Origin: Candidatus Nomurabacteria bacterium
GTDB taxonomy: Bacteria > Patescibacteriota > Minisyncoccia > Phycocordibacterales > UBA9973
Direction: 5' to 3'
NCBI GenBank assembly: GCA_026396065.1
Contig: JAPLXO010000003.1
Coordinates: 1,304 to 65,303, forward strand
DNA: 64,000 bases
The position numbers were made by a program, and so were the translations under genes. Position 1 is the stretch's first letter; each line of letters starts with the position of its first letter. A model generated the notes under the pieces. It had not been told where the DNA came from. It made no database searches and worked only from the letters and a program-made list of their open reading frames with translations. Below are positions 1 through 7,163 of this stretch, one piece after another.

Positions 1-567
1 CATGAATAATTCCACCGCGGATGCAAAGTCAGCGAGCTGTTTTTTTACGTGTTCTGTATTCTCGGTATCCTCAATGTTCGCAAAGTGCGAATAAATACCA
101 TCAACTTTAATATTGGGCATCTTCGTAAGACGCGCAATGAATTGTGGAATTGAGGAAATTAAAAGACCTTGTCGCCCTAGATTCGCGTCAATCTTAATAT
201 GTATAGGAATTTTTATTTTCTTTTTTTGTCCGATAGCCTGCAGAAGTGCCAGGCGCTCAGTATCACAAATTGTAGGAATTCCTTTTAAGCTAACCAACTC
301 TTCGATGTCGCTTTTTTGAACATAACCAAATACAAGTGTTGGCTTTTTTGAAGCTCTTCTTAATAATCGTAATTCCTCAATATCATCTACCTGGAAATAG
401 TCTGTGTGTGGACTAAGAATTTTTACAACCTCATTCTGCCCGTGTCCGTATGCATTCGCCTTAACAACGCAGGCAATCTTTTTCTTTGGCGCCAGACTTT
501 TAAGCACTTTAAAATTATTTAAAAGTGCCGTTTTTGAGAGCTCAATATATGAGAGAGCTTTTTTCAT
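1..567 (-). CDS. alr: alanine racemase, N-terminal ~189 aa (C-terminus lies beyond window start)
   Basis: Minus-strand translation from ATG (complement of 565-567): MKKALSYIELSKTALLNNFKVLKSLAPKKKIACVVKANAYGHGQ... with PLP-attachment motif VVKANAYGHG. Absent from the ORF track because it runs off the window edge. Confidence 0.75.
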   Translation of the reverse strand, partial: MKKALSYIELSKTALLNNFKVLKSLAPKKKIACVVKANAYGHGQNEVVKILSPHTDYFQVDDIEELRLLRRASKKPTLVFGYVQKSDIEELVSLKGIPTICDTERLALLQAIGQKKKIKIPIHIKIDANLGRQGLLISSIPQFIARLTKMPNIKVDGIYSHFANIEDTENTEHVKKQLADFASAVELFM

Positions 568-762
568 TTATTTAGTATACTCGTGTAATTCATTAATAAT
601 AAAGCCCCGCAAATGCGGAGCTTTATCTATACTAACGATTTCGGAGTTTTGTTTCCTTGCCTGCCTTCTTGGCATGCTTTTTCCTGGCTAGTTTGCGTTT
701 CTTATTCATACGATACGAATAGGATAACACGACTCACCATAATGCGCAAGAATTAGGCTGGA

Positions 763-1323
763 TTACGCTATTGTCGCTATAAGTCTAAGCGCTACATTGA
801 TCTCTTCAATAAACTTGTTCATTGGCTCATCACCCGCTAGCCCAAGTTGCATCCAATGTATGATATCCAAAAACGAGTCGGCTCGATTTTTAGAAAAAGC
901 AGTCATATCTTCATTCGTAAACTCGGAAACTACTTTTTCGCGCTCCGTTGAAAAGGAACAAGCAATATCAACCAGCTGATCACGACCCCACGTACTCTTA
1001 AAGTATTCAGAATTCTTCTCATACTCATCCAGAAGTAGCTCACACGCCCTCTCTACTGACTCATATGCGTCTGACAGGGCTTCTCCGTCAATAACCAAAA
1101 ATGAACCCTCTTTGCACTGTATAATCCGAAGCCAGGTTGATTCACTTTTTATCAATCTTTTAAAAAGCTTCCAGCGATCTTCGGAAATAGCGCTTTTCAC
1201 GCTTTTTACAGCGATTATTTCTGAAATACGAATGCGTGTTTCCACTATCGCATCAATGGGATTCTTACGCTCCTTAAACTCTTCCACGAGTATGCGAATT
1301 ACGTCTGAAGATTTCATCGACAA
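763..1323 (-). CDS. hypothetical protein (186 aa)
   Basis: Long ORF with no recognisable motif. Lies in the module upstream of the R-M cassette. Confidence 0.5.
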   Translation of the reverse strand: MSMKSSDVIRILVEEFKERKNPIDAIVETRIRISEIIAVKSVKSAISEDRWKLFKRLIKSESTWLRIIQCKEGSFLVIDGEALSDAYESVERACELLLDEYEKNSEYFKSTWGRDQLVDIACSFSTEREKVVSEFTNEDMTAFSKNRADSFLDIIHWMQLGLAGDEPMNKFIEEINVALRLIATIA

Positions 1324-1400
1324 TCCTCCTTTTTATATGTTATGTGCTTTTTTTGTTATCGCATGAAGTTGAAAATAAAACAAGCATAAATCTAAATTTA

Positions 1401-1435
1401 TTTTTTATAAAAAGACCCCGAAATATCCGGGGTCT
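1401..1435 (-). terminator. rho-independent terminator for the 1444..2073 gene
   Basis: Hairpin AGACCCCG-aaatatc-CGGGGTCT followed on the minus strand by a T-run. Confidence 0.5.
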
Positions 1436-1443
1436 GAGTTGTA

Positions 1444-2073
1444 TTACCTATCCCTATTTGTAACTGAAAATGCGAGTTCCTCAGCGTCTATCACCTTTTC
1501 AACTGCGAGTGCCGCATTCAGATTCTGTCTTCTTCGCTCAACTATATCTCGAACCGCCTTCCCAAGCTCAAACCAGATTCCTTTCGGTTCGCACTTGGTC
1601 ATACTCATGATTGTTGCGAGATCAGTCTCTTCTATTAAAACAATTTCTGCCTTCTCATACTTACGGTGCCCAGAAACCTTTTGCCCAGAAAAATTAACTG
1701 AGATAAGAACCCACTGCCCCGAACGCGTAAGTCCCCATGAACGAACAACACCATCCAGACAGCAGAATCCTCGCGAAGGTTCGCGGAGGCCACTTCCAGG
1801 GAAGTACTCAATTGCAATACTCGGTTGTGGTTGGAAGATTCCCTGCGTCTTCAGCGAAAAATTTCCATCACTTACTATCTTCGGATTATCTGCATCAATT
1901 TCGTGAAAAAAATCAGCGTTGTGCAGACACTTCAGATGTCCGAGTTCTGGAAGTGTGGATGAATCCAAAAAAGACTTAAGTAGTCCAGCACGAGCTTCTA
2001 AAAGCTCAAACCACTCTTCAAACTCTATCTTATCCTTCCGGACAAATGTCCTTAATCCTTGTAGAGAGGGCAT
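1444..2073 (-). CDS. hypothetical protein (209 aa), GC-richer than genome background
   Basis: ORF with visibly higher GC (~45% by eye) than the ~30% housekeeping genes. No recognisable motif. Confidence 0.5.
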   Translation of the reverse strand: MPSLQGLRTFVRKDKIEFEEWFELLEARAGLLKSFLDSSTLPELGHLKCLHNADFFHEIDADNPKIVSDGNFSLKTQGIFQPQPSIAIEYFPGSGLREPSRGFCCLDGVVRSWGLTRSGQWVLISVNFSGQKVSGHRKYEKAEIVLIEETDLATIMSMTKCEPKGIWFELGKAVRDIVERRRQNLNAALAVEKVIDAEELAFSVTNRDR

Positions 2074-2186
2074 ACCCTCCTCCTTTCGTTGTTAGAGGCT
2101 CACCTCTTAACGCTATTATTCTTATTCAAAGTATTTGGCATGTCAACAAAAAACAACACCAATAAGGTGCTGTTTTTACTAATGCG

Positions 2187-2393
2187 GTGTTTGTTGGACA
2201 AAGTTCGAATGTTTTTCGAGCAAAATCCAAATGATTAAAAATACTAATGCGGACGAGGCAAGGCGAAACTATTTGTCTGGGGGAATGGATTCGCCTTGCC
2301 TCGGCTGTTTTCCCGCCCGCAGGAGGGGTCTGGGGAGGCATGCGGGCGGGATTTCGGCGGGATTCCTTTTTTCGGAAAAATTCGCACGGGCTT
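2187..2393. repeat. 207-bp inverted repeat copy A (left arm bracketing the C-R-M cassette)
   Basis: Reverse complement matches 4622-4828 at ~96%. Contains an 11-bp GC stem (TCCCGCCCGCA...TGCGGGCGGGA). Abuts the MTase stop codon. Confidence 0.85.
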
Positions 2394-3525
2394 AAATCTG
2401 ATTATCAATTTTGAAGTTCTCTAAAATTGCTTTTGCTACTGCATTTGATAAAAATGTTGGAACAGCATTTCCAATTTGTAAATTTCTATCACCCCTAGAA
2501 CCAAAAAATTGATAATCATCGGGGAAGCACTGAATTCTTGCACCCTCTCTTGTCGTTAGTGGTCTTGGTGCTTTTGGATGAATACAACGAGATGATGACG
2601 GGGTGCTAAGATTTCTCGTTATTGTTGTCGCTGGTCGTTTCCACCAAAGACGACAATATGTATTTTTAAAACCTGAGGTTGGGCGTAATTCCTCTGGCAA
2701 ATCTTCTGGCGTTCCACCATCTGGCAATAACTCCATTATTTTTACCAAATTTTCATTATTGTTTGGCGAATTATGATCCATTAGTTTTGTCGGTGCGTTT
2801 TTACGCATAAACTTTTGAAAATCATTTTGTGGTTTAGAAGAATACTCAAAACTTTCTTCGTTTGATTTGATAAAAGGCAAATCGCTTATTGCTTCCTCAA
2901 GTGTTAAATATGGTTTGAGTTTTTTGTTGAACAAATCTGGTTTTTCCTCTGGATTATAATGGGTTGGTTCTGGGTATTCAAAATCAGTTTTAAGTTTTGA
3001 GCCAATAATCACAACCCTCTCCCTTATTTGCGGTGCGCCATAATCGGCGGCATTCAAAAGTCTATATTGAACTTTATATCCTAAAGATTCAAAAAGTGAA
3101 ATAATCGTTTTTAATAATTCGCCACCTTGCATTGATAAAAGACCTTTAACATTTTCAAAAAGAAAAAGTTTTGGATTGAATTCTTTTAGAACACGATAGT
3201 ATTCTTGAAAAAGTTTGCCTCGTGGGTCATCAATCAATCTTTTTCCAACTGTTGAATACGCCTGACATGGTGGTCCTCCAACAATAATATCAATCTCATT
3301 AGGTTTTATATTTAAATCTTTTTCAATTTTTTCAGCGTTAAAATCCTTAATGTCCTCGGCATATACTTTTGCTGTTGGGTGGTTTAATGAATATGCTTTC
3401 GCCATATTTGGCAAAATTTCATTTGCTGCCACTATTTCAAAATTATCATCGTGGGCGAAACCATAGCTTAAACCACCCACGCCTGAAAATAAATCTATTA
3501 CTTTTAGTTTCTTATTTTTACTCAT
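2392..3525 (-). CDS. DNA (cytosine-5)-methyltransferase
   Basis: Motifs FSGVGGLSYGF (motif I), GGPPCQAYS (motif IV), ENV (motif VI) and QIGNAVP (motif X). Confidence 0.9.
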   Translation of the reverse strand: MSKNKKLKVIDLFSGVGGLSYGFAHDDNFEIVAANEILPNMAKAYSLNHPTAKVYAEDIKDFNAEKIEKDLNIKPNEIDIIVGGPPCQAYSTVGKRLIDDPRGKLFQEYYRVLKEFNPKLFLFENVKGLLSMQGGELLKTIISLFESLGYKVQYRLLNAADYGAPQIRERVVIIGSKLKTDFEYPEPTHYNPEEKPDLFNKKLKPYLTLEEAISDLPFIKSNEESFEYSSKPQNDFQKFMRKNAPTKLMDHNSPNNNENLVKIMELLPDGGTPEDLPEELRPTSGFKNTYCRLWWKRPATTITRNLSTPSSSRCIHPKAPRPLTTREGARIQCFPDDYQFFGSRGDRNLQIGNAVPTFLSNAVAKAILENFKIDNQI

Positions 3526-3533
3526 AAAATAAT

Positions 3534-4325
3534 CTAATCAAAATTAATTTCCTTATATTTCATCGGACTTTCTGTAATTTTCCAAATAAAATAATTTTGA
3601 TCAATGTTAAAAACTGTTTGACCTTCCATTTGTTGTCTTGTAATCCAATTTACGCTATCGTCTTCTATTTCATCTAATTTAATAAAGGCAACTTGACCAT
3701 TATATAAATCAAAATGAAGTGCCAAGGTATGATAACCCAAATCACGAAAAACTCTTTTCGCTTCTAAAACTTTGTGTTGTTTAATGTCATTGATTCCCGT
3801 AAAACCTGATTGCATTTCAATTCTAACTTTTTCTTTATCATTGAGTTTAATTTCTAAATCAGCTTTTGGTGTTCTCTTAAAAGTTTCAATATTTTTTAAG
3901 TCGTCGTCGCCAATCAAATCTATACTTGAAGTATCAACTTCAAAAACCAAGCCAAGTGCTTTCAAAAAATAATTTGATAAAACATAACCTCTCATCCAAG
4001 AGTAATAAACTTGCTCTGGTCGTCTGCCTTGATTATTTAAAACTGGCAAAATATTGTTCGCTTTCATAATTTCAAAAGTTCTTTCAATATGTTCTTTTTT
4101 GAAAGCAACAATATCGTCAAGTTTTATTTCTTTGGCGACGACATCATTTATTTTATCAATTATGTTATAAAGTCTTTTGTTTAATAACTCAATGTAATTC
4201 AAATCAACCGTCGGGGTAATGTCTTTTGCCCCAAAAAAGTTTTTGACATCTGCTTGGTTTGAAAAACCAAGTTTTTGTCTGTATTGACGAAAATATTCAG
4301 CTGTAATTGTAATTTGTCTAGGCAT
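3534..4325 (-). CDS. putative type II restriction endonuclease (partner of the adjacent m5C MTase)
   Basis: 263-aa ORF lying between the C gene and the MTase in the same orientation with 4-8 bp spacers. The call rests on operon context only. Confidence 0.5.
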   Translation of the reverse strand: MPRQITITAEYFRQYRQKLGFSNQADVKNFFGAKDITPTVDLNYIELLNKRLYNIIDKINDVVAKEIKLDDIVAFKKEHIERTFEIMKANNILPVLNNQGRRPEQVYYSWMRGYVLSNYFLKALGLVFEVDTSSIDLIGDDDLKNIETFKRTPKADLEIKLNDKEKVRIEMQSGFTGINDIKQHKVLEAKRVFRDLGYHTLALHFDLYNGQVAFIKLDEIEDDSVNWITRQQMEGQTVFNIDQNYFIWKITESPMKYKEINFD

Positions 4326-4329
4326 AATT

Positions 4330-4524
4330 TTATTTTATTAAATCCTCTATTGATACATTTAATGCTTTCGCAATTTTTTTAATTGTATCAATTGTTGGGT
4401 TTTGTTGCTTGCCAGCTTCAATGTTTATTATCGTATTATTGGAAACATCAGCAAGACGAGCCAGCTTTTCTTGCGATAAACCTAATTTTTCCCTTATTCG
4501 TTTAATTTTGCTTGACTCTAACAT
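4330..4524 (-). CDS. XRE-family HTH protein, probable R-M controller (C) protein
   Basis: 64 aa with a helix-turn-helix (LGLSQEKLARLADVSNNTIINIE). It is the first gene of the C-R-M operon. Confidence 0.6.
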   Translation of the reverse strand: MLESSKIKRIREKLGLSQEKLARLADVSNNTIINIEAGKQQNPTIDTIKKIAKALNVSIEDLIK

Positions 4525-4594
4525 ATTGAAATAGTAATATTATATTGTGGTATAATTATTATATGCTCCAACTAAACAACCACAATATAATATT
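4512..4594. promoter_or_regulatory. operator/promoter region upstream of the C gene
   Basis: 15-bp perfect inverted-repeat arms AATATTATATTGTGG (4536-4550) and CCACAATATAATATT (4580-4594). On the + strand: TTGACT-17-TAATAT (4512-4540) and an extended -10 TGGTATAAT (4549-4557). Confidence 0.3.
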
Positions 4595-4621
4595 ACCAAA
4601 ATATTTGTCTTTCGTAAAGGA

Positions 4622-4828
4622 AAGCCCGTGCGAATTTTTCCGAAAAAAGGAATCCCGCCGAAATCCCGCCCGCATTCCTCCCCAGACCCCTCCTGCGGGC
4701 GGGAAAACAGCCGAGGCAGGGCGAATCCAAAACCCCAGACAAATAGTTTCGCCTTGCCTCGTCCGCATTAGTATTTTTAATCATTTGGATTTTGCTCGAA
4801 AAACATTCGAACTTTGTCCAACAAACAC
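4622..4828. repeat. 207-bp inverted repeat copy B (right arm of the C-R-M cassette)
   Basis: Matches the reverse complement of 2187-2393. One nucleotide separates it from the 91-bp repeat. Confidence 0.85.
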
Positions 4829-4829
4829 G

Positions 4830-4920
4830 GCCAAAATTGAAAATCGGAATCGGAAGCCGAAATGGGGTCGGCACGAAGTGCCGACACAAATGTATTCCCC
4901 CCAAAAAATCCTGAATCTGA
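4830..4920. repeat. 91-bp inverted repeat, left arm flanking the serine recombinase gene
   Basis: Exact reverse complement of 6320-6410, verified base by base. The similarity continues imperfectly to ~4935. Confidence 0.9.
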
Positions 4921-4966
4921 AAGGGTTCGCCACGCTCCGCGTGGCTCCTCGTTTGCCAATACAATT

Positions 4967-6421
4967 ATGAATAATCAAACCAAAAAGTTTTTCATTTATA
5001 CTCGCAAGTCTACGGACGACAAAGACAGACAAGTTCGCAGTATTTCTGACCAATTATCGGAATTGAAAAGTTTAGCGTTGAAAGAACAAATTGATGTTGT
5101 TGATGTCTTTGTCGAAAAGCAGACCGCCAAAATACCAGGTCGCCCTGTGTTTAACGAAATGATGTTGAGAATGGAAGCGGGCGAAGCGTCTGGTATTTTG
5201 GCGTGGCATCCCGATAGACTTGCGAGAAATAGTGTTGATGGTGGGAAAATTATTTACCTCGTTGATACTGGCGTAATCGTGGAAATGAAATTCCCAACTT
5301 TTTGGTTTGATCCGACGCCGCAAGGCAAATTCATGCTCTCAATCGCTTTTTCGCAATCCAAGTATTATGTGGACAATTTGAGCGAGAATATCAAGCGAGG
5401 TCATCGCAACAAAGTGAAAGACGGGATATGGCCTCAAATGGCTCCGCTTGGATATGTAAACAAAAACAGAATGATTGTTCCCGATGAAAATATCGCACCA
5501 CTTATCAAGAAAACATTTGAGGCATATTCAACTGGGTCTTTCACTTTGCGACAACTCCGCGACAAATTTAATGAACTTGGATTGAAACGAAAAAGCGGAA
5601 AGGAACTTGCGGTGTCGAATTATCAAAAACTTTTGAAAAATCCGATATACACGGGCTTGATGTTGTATAACGGCGAAATCCACGAAGGTAAGCACGAGCC
5701 GATTATCATAAAGAAACTTTTTGATTCCGTTCAGGAAGTGATGATGAGAAAATCTAAACCTCACTCGAAAGGTCTAAAACCATTTTTGTATAGAGGATTT
5801 TTCCGTTGTGGAGAATGCGGTTGCTTCATTACTACCGAAACACAAAAGGGTCATAACTATTTGCGATGTACCAAACGGAAAAATCCTTGTTCACAAAAAT
5901 ATACGCGTGAGGAAATCATCACTTCCGAAATTCAAAAAGAAATCAAAAAAGTTTCTTTGCCAGACGATTGGGCTAAATGGATGTTGGCGGAAAACGAAAA
6001 AGACAAATTAGTGGAAGCCCAATCGTCTACGCTTTTTGCCGACAAAACAAAAGCCGATATTTCTCTTTTGGATTCTAAAATTGAGAAGCTGATGAACGCA
6101 TATTTAGAAAACGCACTTTCACTAGACGAGTATCGAGATATGAAAAACAAACTTGTGAATGAAAAACAGCTTCTCAAAGAGAAATTATCGGCTTTTGAGC
6201 AAAAAGCGAATAATCGGTTCGAACTTACCGAAAAGTTTTTGAAATACAATATAGAATTGGCAAACGAGGGAATAAATGAAGAGAAACTTCATTTATTCAA
6301 AAAAGTCGGTTCGAACTTTTCAGATTCAGGATTTTTTGGGGGGAATACATTTGTGTCGGCACTTCGTGCCGACCCCATTTCGGCTTCCGATTCCGATTTT
6401 CAATTTTGGCGGAGGCGGTGA
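4967..6421 (+). CDS. large serine recombinase (resolvase/invertase catalytic domain, recombinase domain, zinc ribbon and coiled coil)
   Basis: FFIYTRKSTDDKDRQVRSISDQ (catalytic Ser region). Cys cluster CGECGCF...C..RKNPC. Coiled-coil C-terminal region. The ORF track opens at 4862 inside the repeat; ATG at 4967 (MNNQTKK) is the more plausible start. The stop overlaps the tRNA 3' end. Confidence 0.85.
   Translation: MNNQTKKFFIYTRKSTDDKDRQVRSISDQLSELKSLALKEQIDVVDVFVEKQTAKIPGRPVFNEMMLRMEAGEASGILAWHPDRLARNSVDGGKIIYLVDTGVIVEMKFPTFWFDPTPQGKFMLSIAFSQSKYYVDNLSENIKRGHRNKVKDGIWPQMAPLGYVNKNRMIVPDENIAPLIKKTFEAYSTGSFTLRQLRDKFNELGLKRKSGKELAVSNYQKLLKNPIYTGLMLYNGEIHEGKHEPIIIKKLFDSVQEVMMRKSKPHSKGLKPFLYRGFFRCGECGCFITTETQKGHNYLRCTKRKNPCSQKYTREEIITSEIQKEIKKVSLPDDWAKWMLAENEKDKLVEAQSSTLFADKTKADISLLDSKIEKLMNAYLENALSLDEYRDMKNKLVNEKQLLKEKLSAFEQKANNRFELTEKFLKYNIELANEGINEEKLHLFKKVGSNFSDSGFFGGNTFVSALRADPISASDSDFQFWRRR
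6320..6410. repeat. 91-bp inverted repeat, right arm
   Basis: Reverse complement of 4830-4920. It encodes the last ~30 aa of the recombinase ORF and ends in TGGC, which is the complement of the tRNA discriminator and CCA. Confidence 0.9.
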
Positions 6422-6496
6422 GATTCGAACTCACGGACCCCGTAAAGAGTCTCTTGTTTTCAAGACAAGTGCCTTCAACCACTCAGCCACGCCTCC
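6407..6496 (-). tRNA. tRNA-Ser(TGA)
   Basis: Sequence GGAGGCGTGGCTGAGTGGTTGAAGGCACTTGTCTTGAAAACAAG...GTGAGTTCGAATCTCACCGCCTCCGCCA. Long variable arm, anticodon loop cTTGAAa, G73, encoded CCA. Confidence 0.85.
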
Positions 6497-6690
6497 TCCG
6501 CATTTCATGCGTCGTCGGCGTGGCTTCGTGTCCTCCGGACACTCCCTATATCTTCGTGATAAATCACATCAGATATTTCTGCTAAAGCAGAAACGGATTA
6601 AACATGAAGCAGTTCATGTTTAATAGCACACGCCTCCATACACTCAATTACATTACCAAAAAATGCATTTTTATGCTAGTCTTTTGGTGT

Positions 6691-7137
6691 ATGAGACTTC
6701 TTGGTATAGATTATGGAATGAAAAGAATAGGAGTGGCTATTTCTGACGAAGGAGGCACTTTGGCATTTCCAAAAGAAATTATTGCCAATGGACAAAAACT
6801 TAACCCACTAAAAAGAATAGGAGAAATAATAAAACAAGAGAAAATTTCTGAAATTGTCGTCGGTGAATCGGTGGATTTTTCTGGTAGTTTAAATATGCTA
6901 ATGGCGCATATTGAGCTTTTTATTGGAGAGCTTGAAAACGAATTTCATTTGCCAGTACACAAACAAAAAGAATTCTTGACATCCGTCGAAGCAAGGCGTT
7001 CCAAAGACGGCAAAAAAGATGCCAGCCCTTCTCAAGCTCGAAGTCGACTCAAAAGTACAAAAGCTGGCAGGGTAGATGCTTCAGCTGCAGCACTTATTTT
7101 ACAAAGATATTTAGACAAGATTAATCAAGCAAAATAA
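6691..7137 (+). CDS. ruvX: Holliday junction resolvase-like protein RuvX/YqgF
   Basis: MRLLGIDYGMKRIGVAISDE... RNase H-like N-terminus. The C-terminus has a DASAAALILQRYL signature. The ORF track opens at 6604; ATG at 6691 is the preferred start. Confidence 0.8.
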   Translation: MRLLGIDYGMKRIGVAISDEGGTLAFPKEIIANGQKLNPLKRIGEIIKQEKISEIVVGESVDFSGSLNMLMAHIELFIGELENEFHLPVHKQKEFLTSVEARRSKDGKKDASPSQARSRLKSTKAGRVDASAAALILQRYLDKINQAK

Positions 7138-7163
7138 TTTTTTAAAACAGGTATAATTTATTT

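Larger units (their letters stand above)
4830..6410 (+). mobile_element. IS-like unit: a single large serine recombinase gene bounded by perfect 91-bp terminal inverted repeats, inserted at the 3' end of tRNA-Ser
   Basis: Perfect terminal inverted repeats with one recombinase gene between them. The right repeat overlaps the CCA and discriminator of the tRNA. Confidence 0.4.

Noticed and set aside
113-691. ORFs 113..319 (+) and 404..691 (+).
   Set aside because: They are antisense to the alr coding region (minus strand, 1-567) and its upstream region.
2126-2341. ORF 2126..2341 (-), 71 aa.
   Set aside because: It lies wholly inside the 207-bp inverted repeat (copy A). Its mirror-image reading frame appears in ORF 4545..4970. 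It is a repeat artefact, not a gene.
4862-4966. N-terminal 35 codons of the recombinase ORF as given in the ORF track (MGSARSADTNVFPP...).
   Set aside because: They are encoded by the inverted repeat. The first Met with a recombinase-like continuation is at 4967 (MNNQTKKFFIYTRKST).
4545-4970. ORFs 4545..4970 (+), 4593..4964 (-), 4559..4768 (-) and 4781..5053 (-).
   Set aside because: They span repeat copy B and the 91-bp inverted repeat. Their peptide segments are duplicated in 2126..2341 and 6276..6623 because the DNA is repeated. There is no coding signal.
6276-6623. ORF 6276..6623 (+), 115 aa.
   Set aside because: It covers the right 91-bp repeat and then runs antisense through tRNA-Ser. 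The shared peptide with 4593..4964 is just the inverted repeat read in the mirrored frame.
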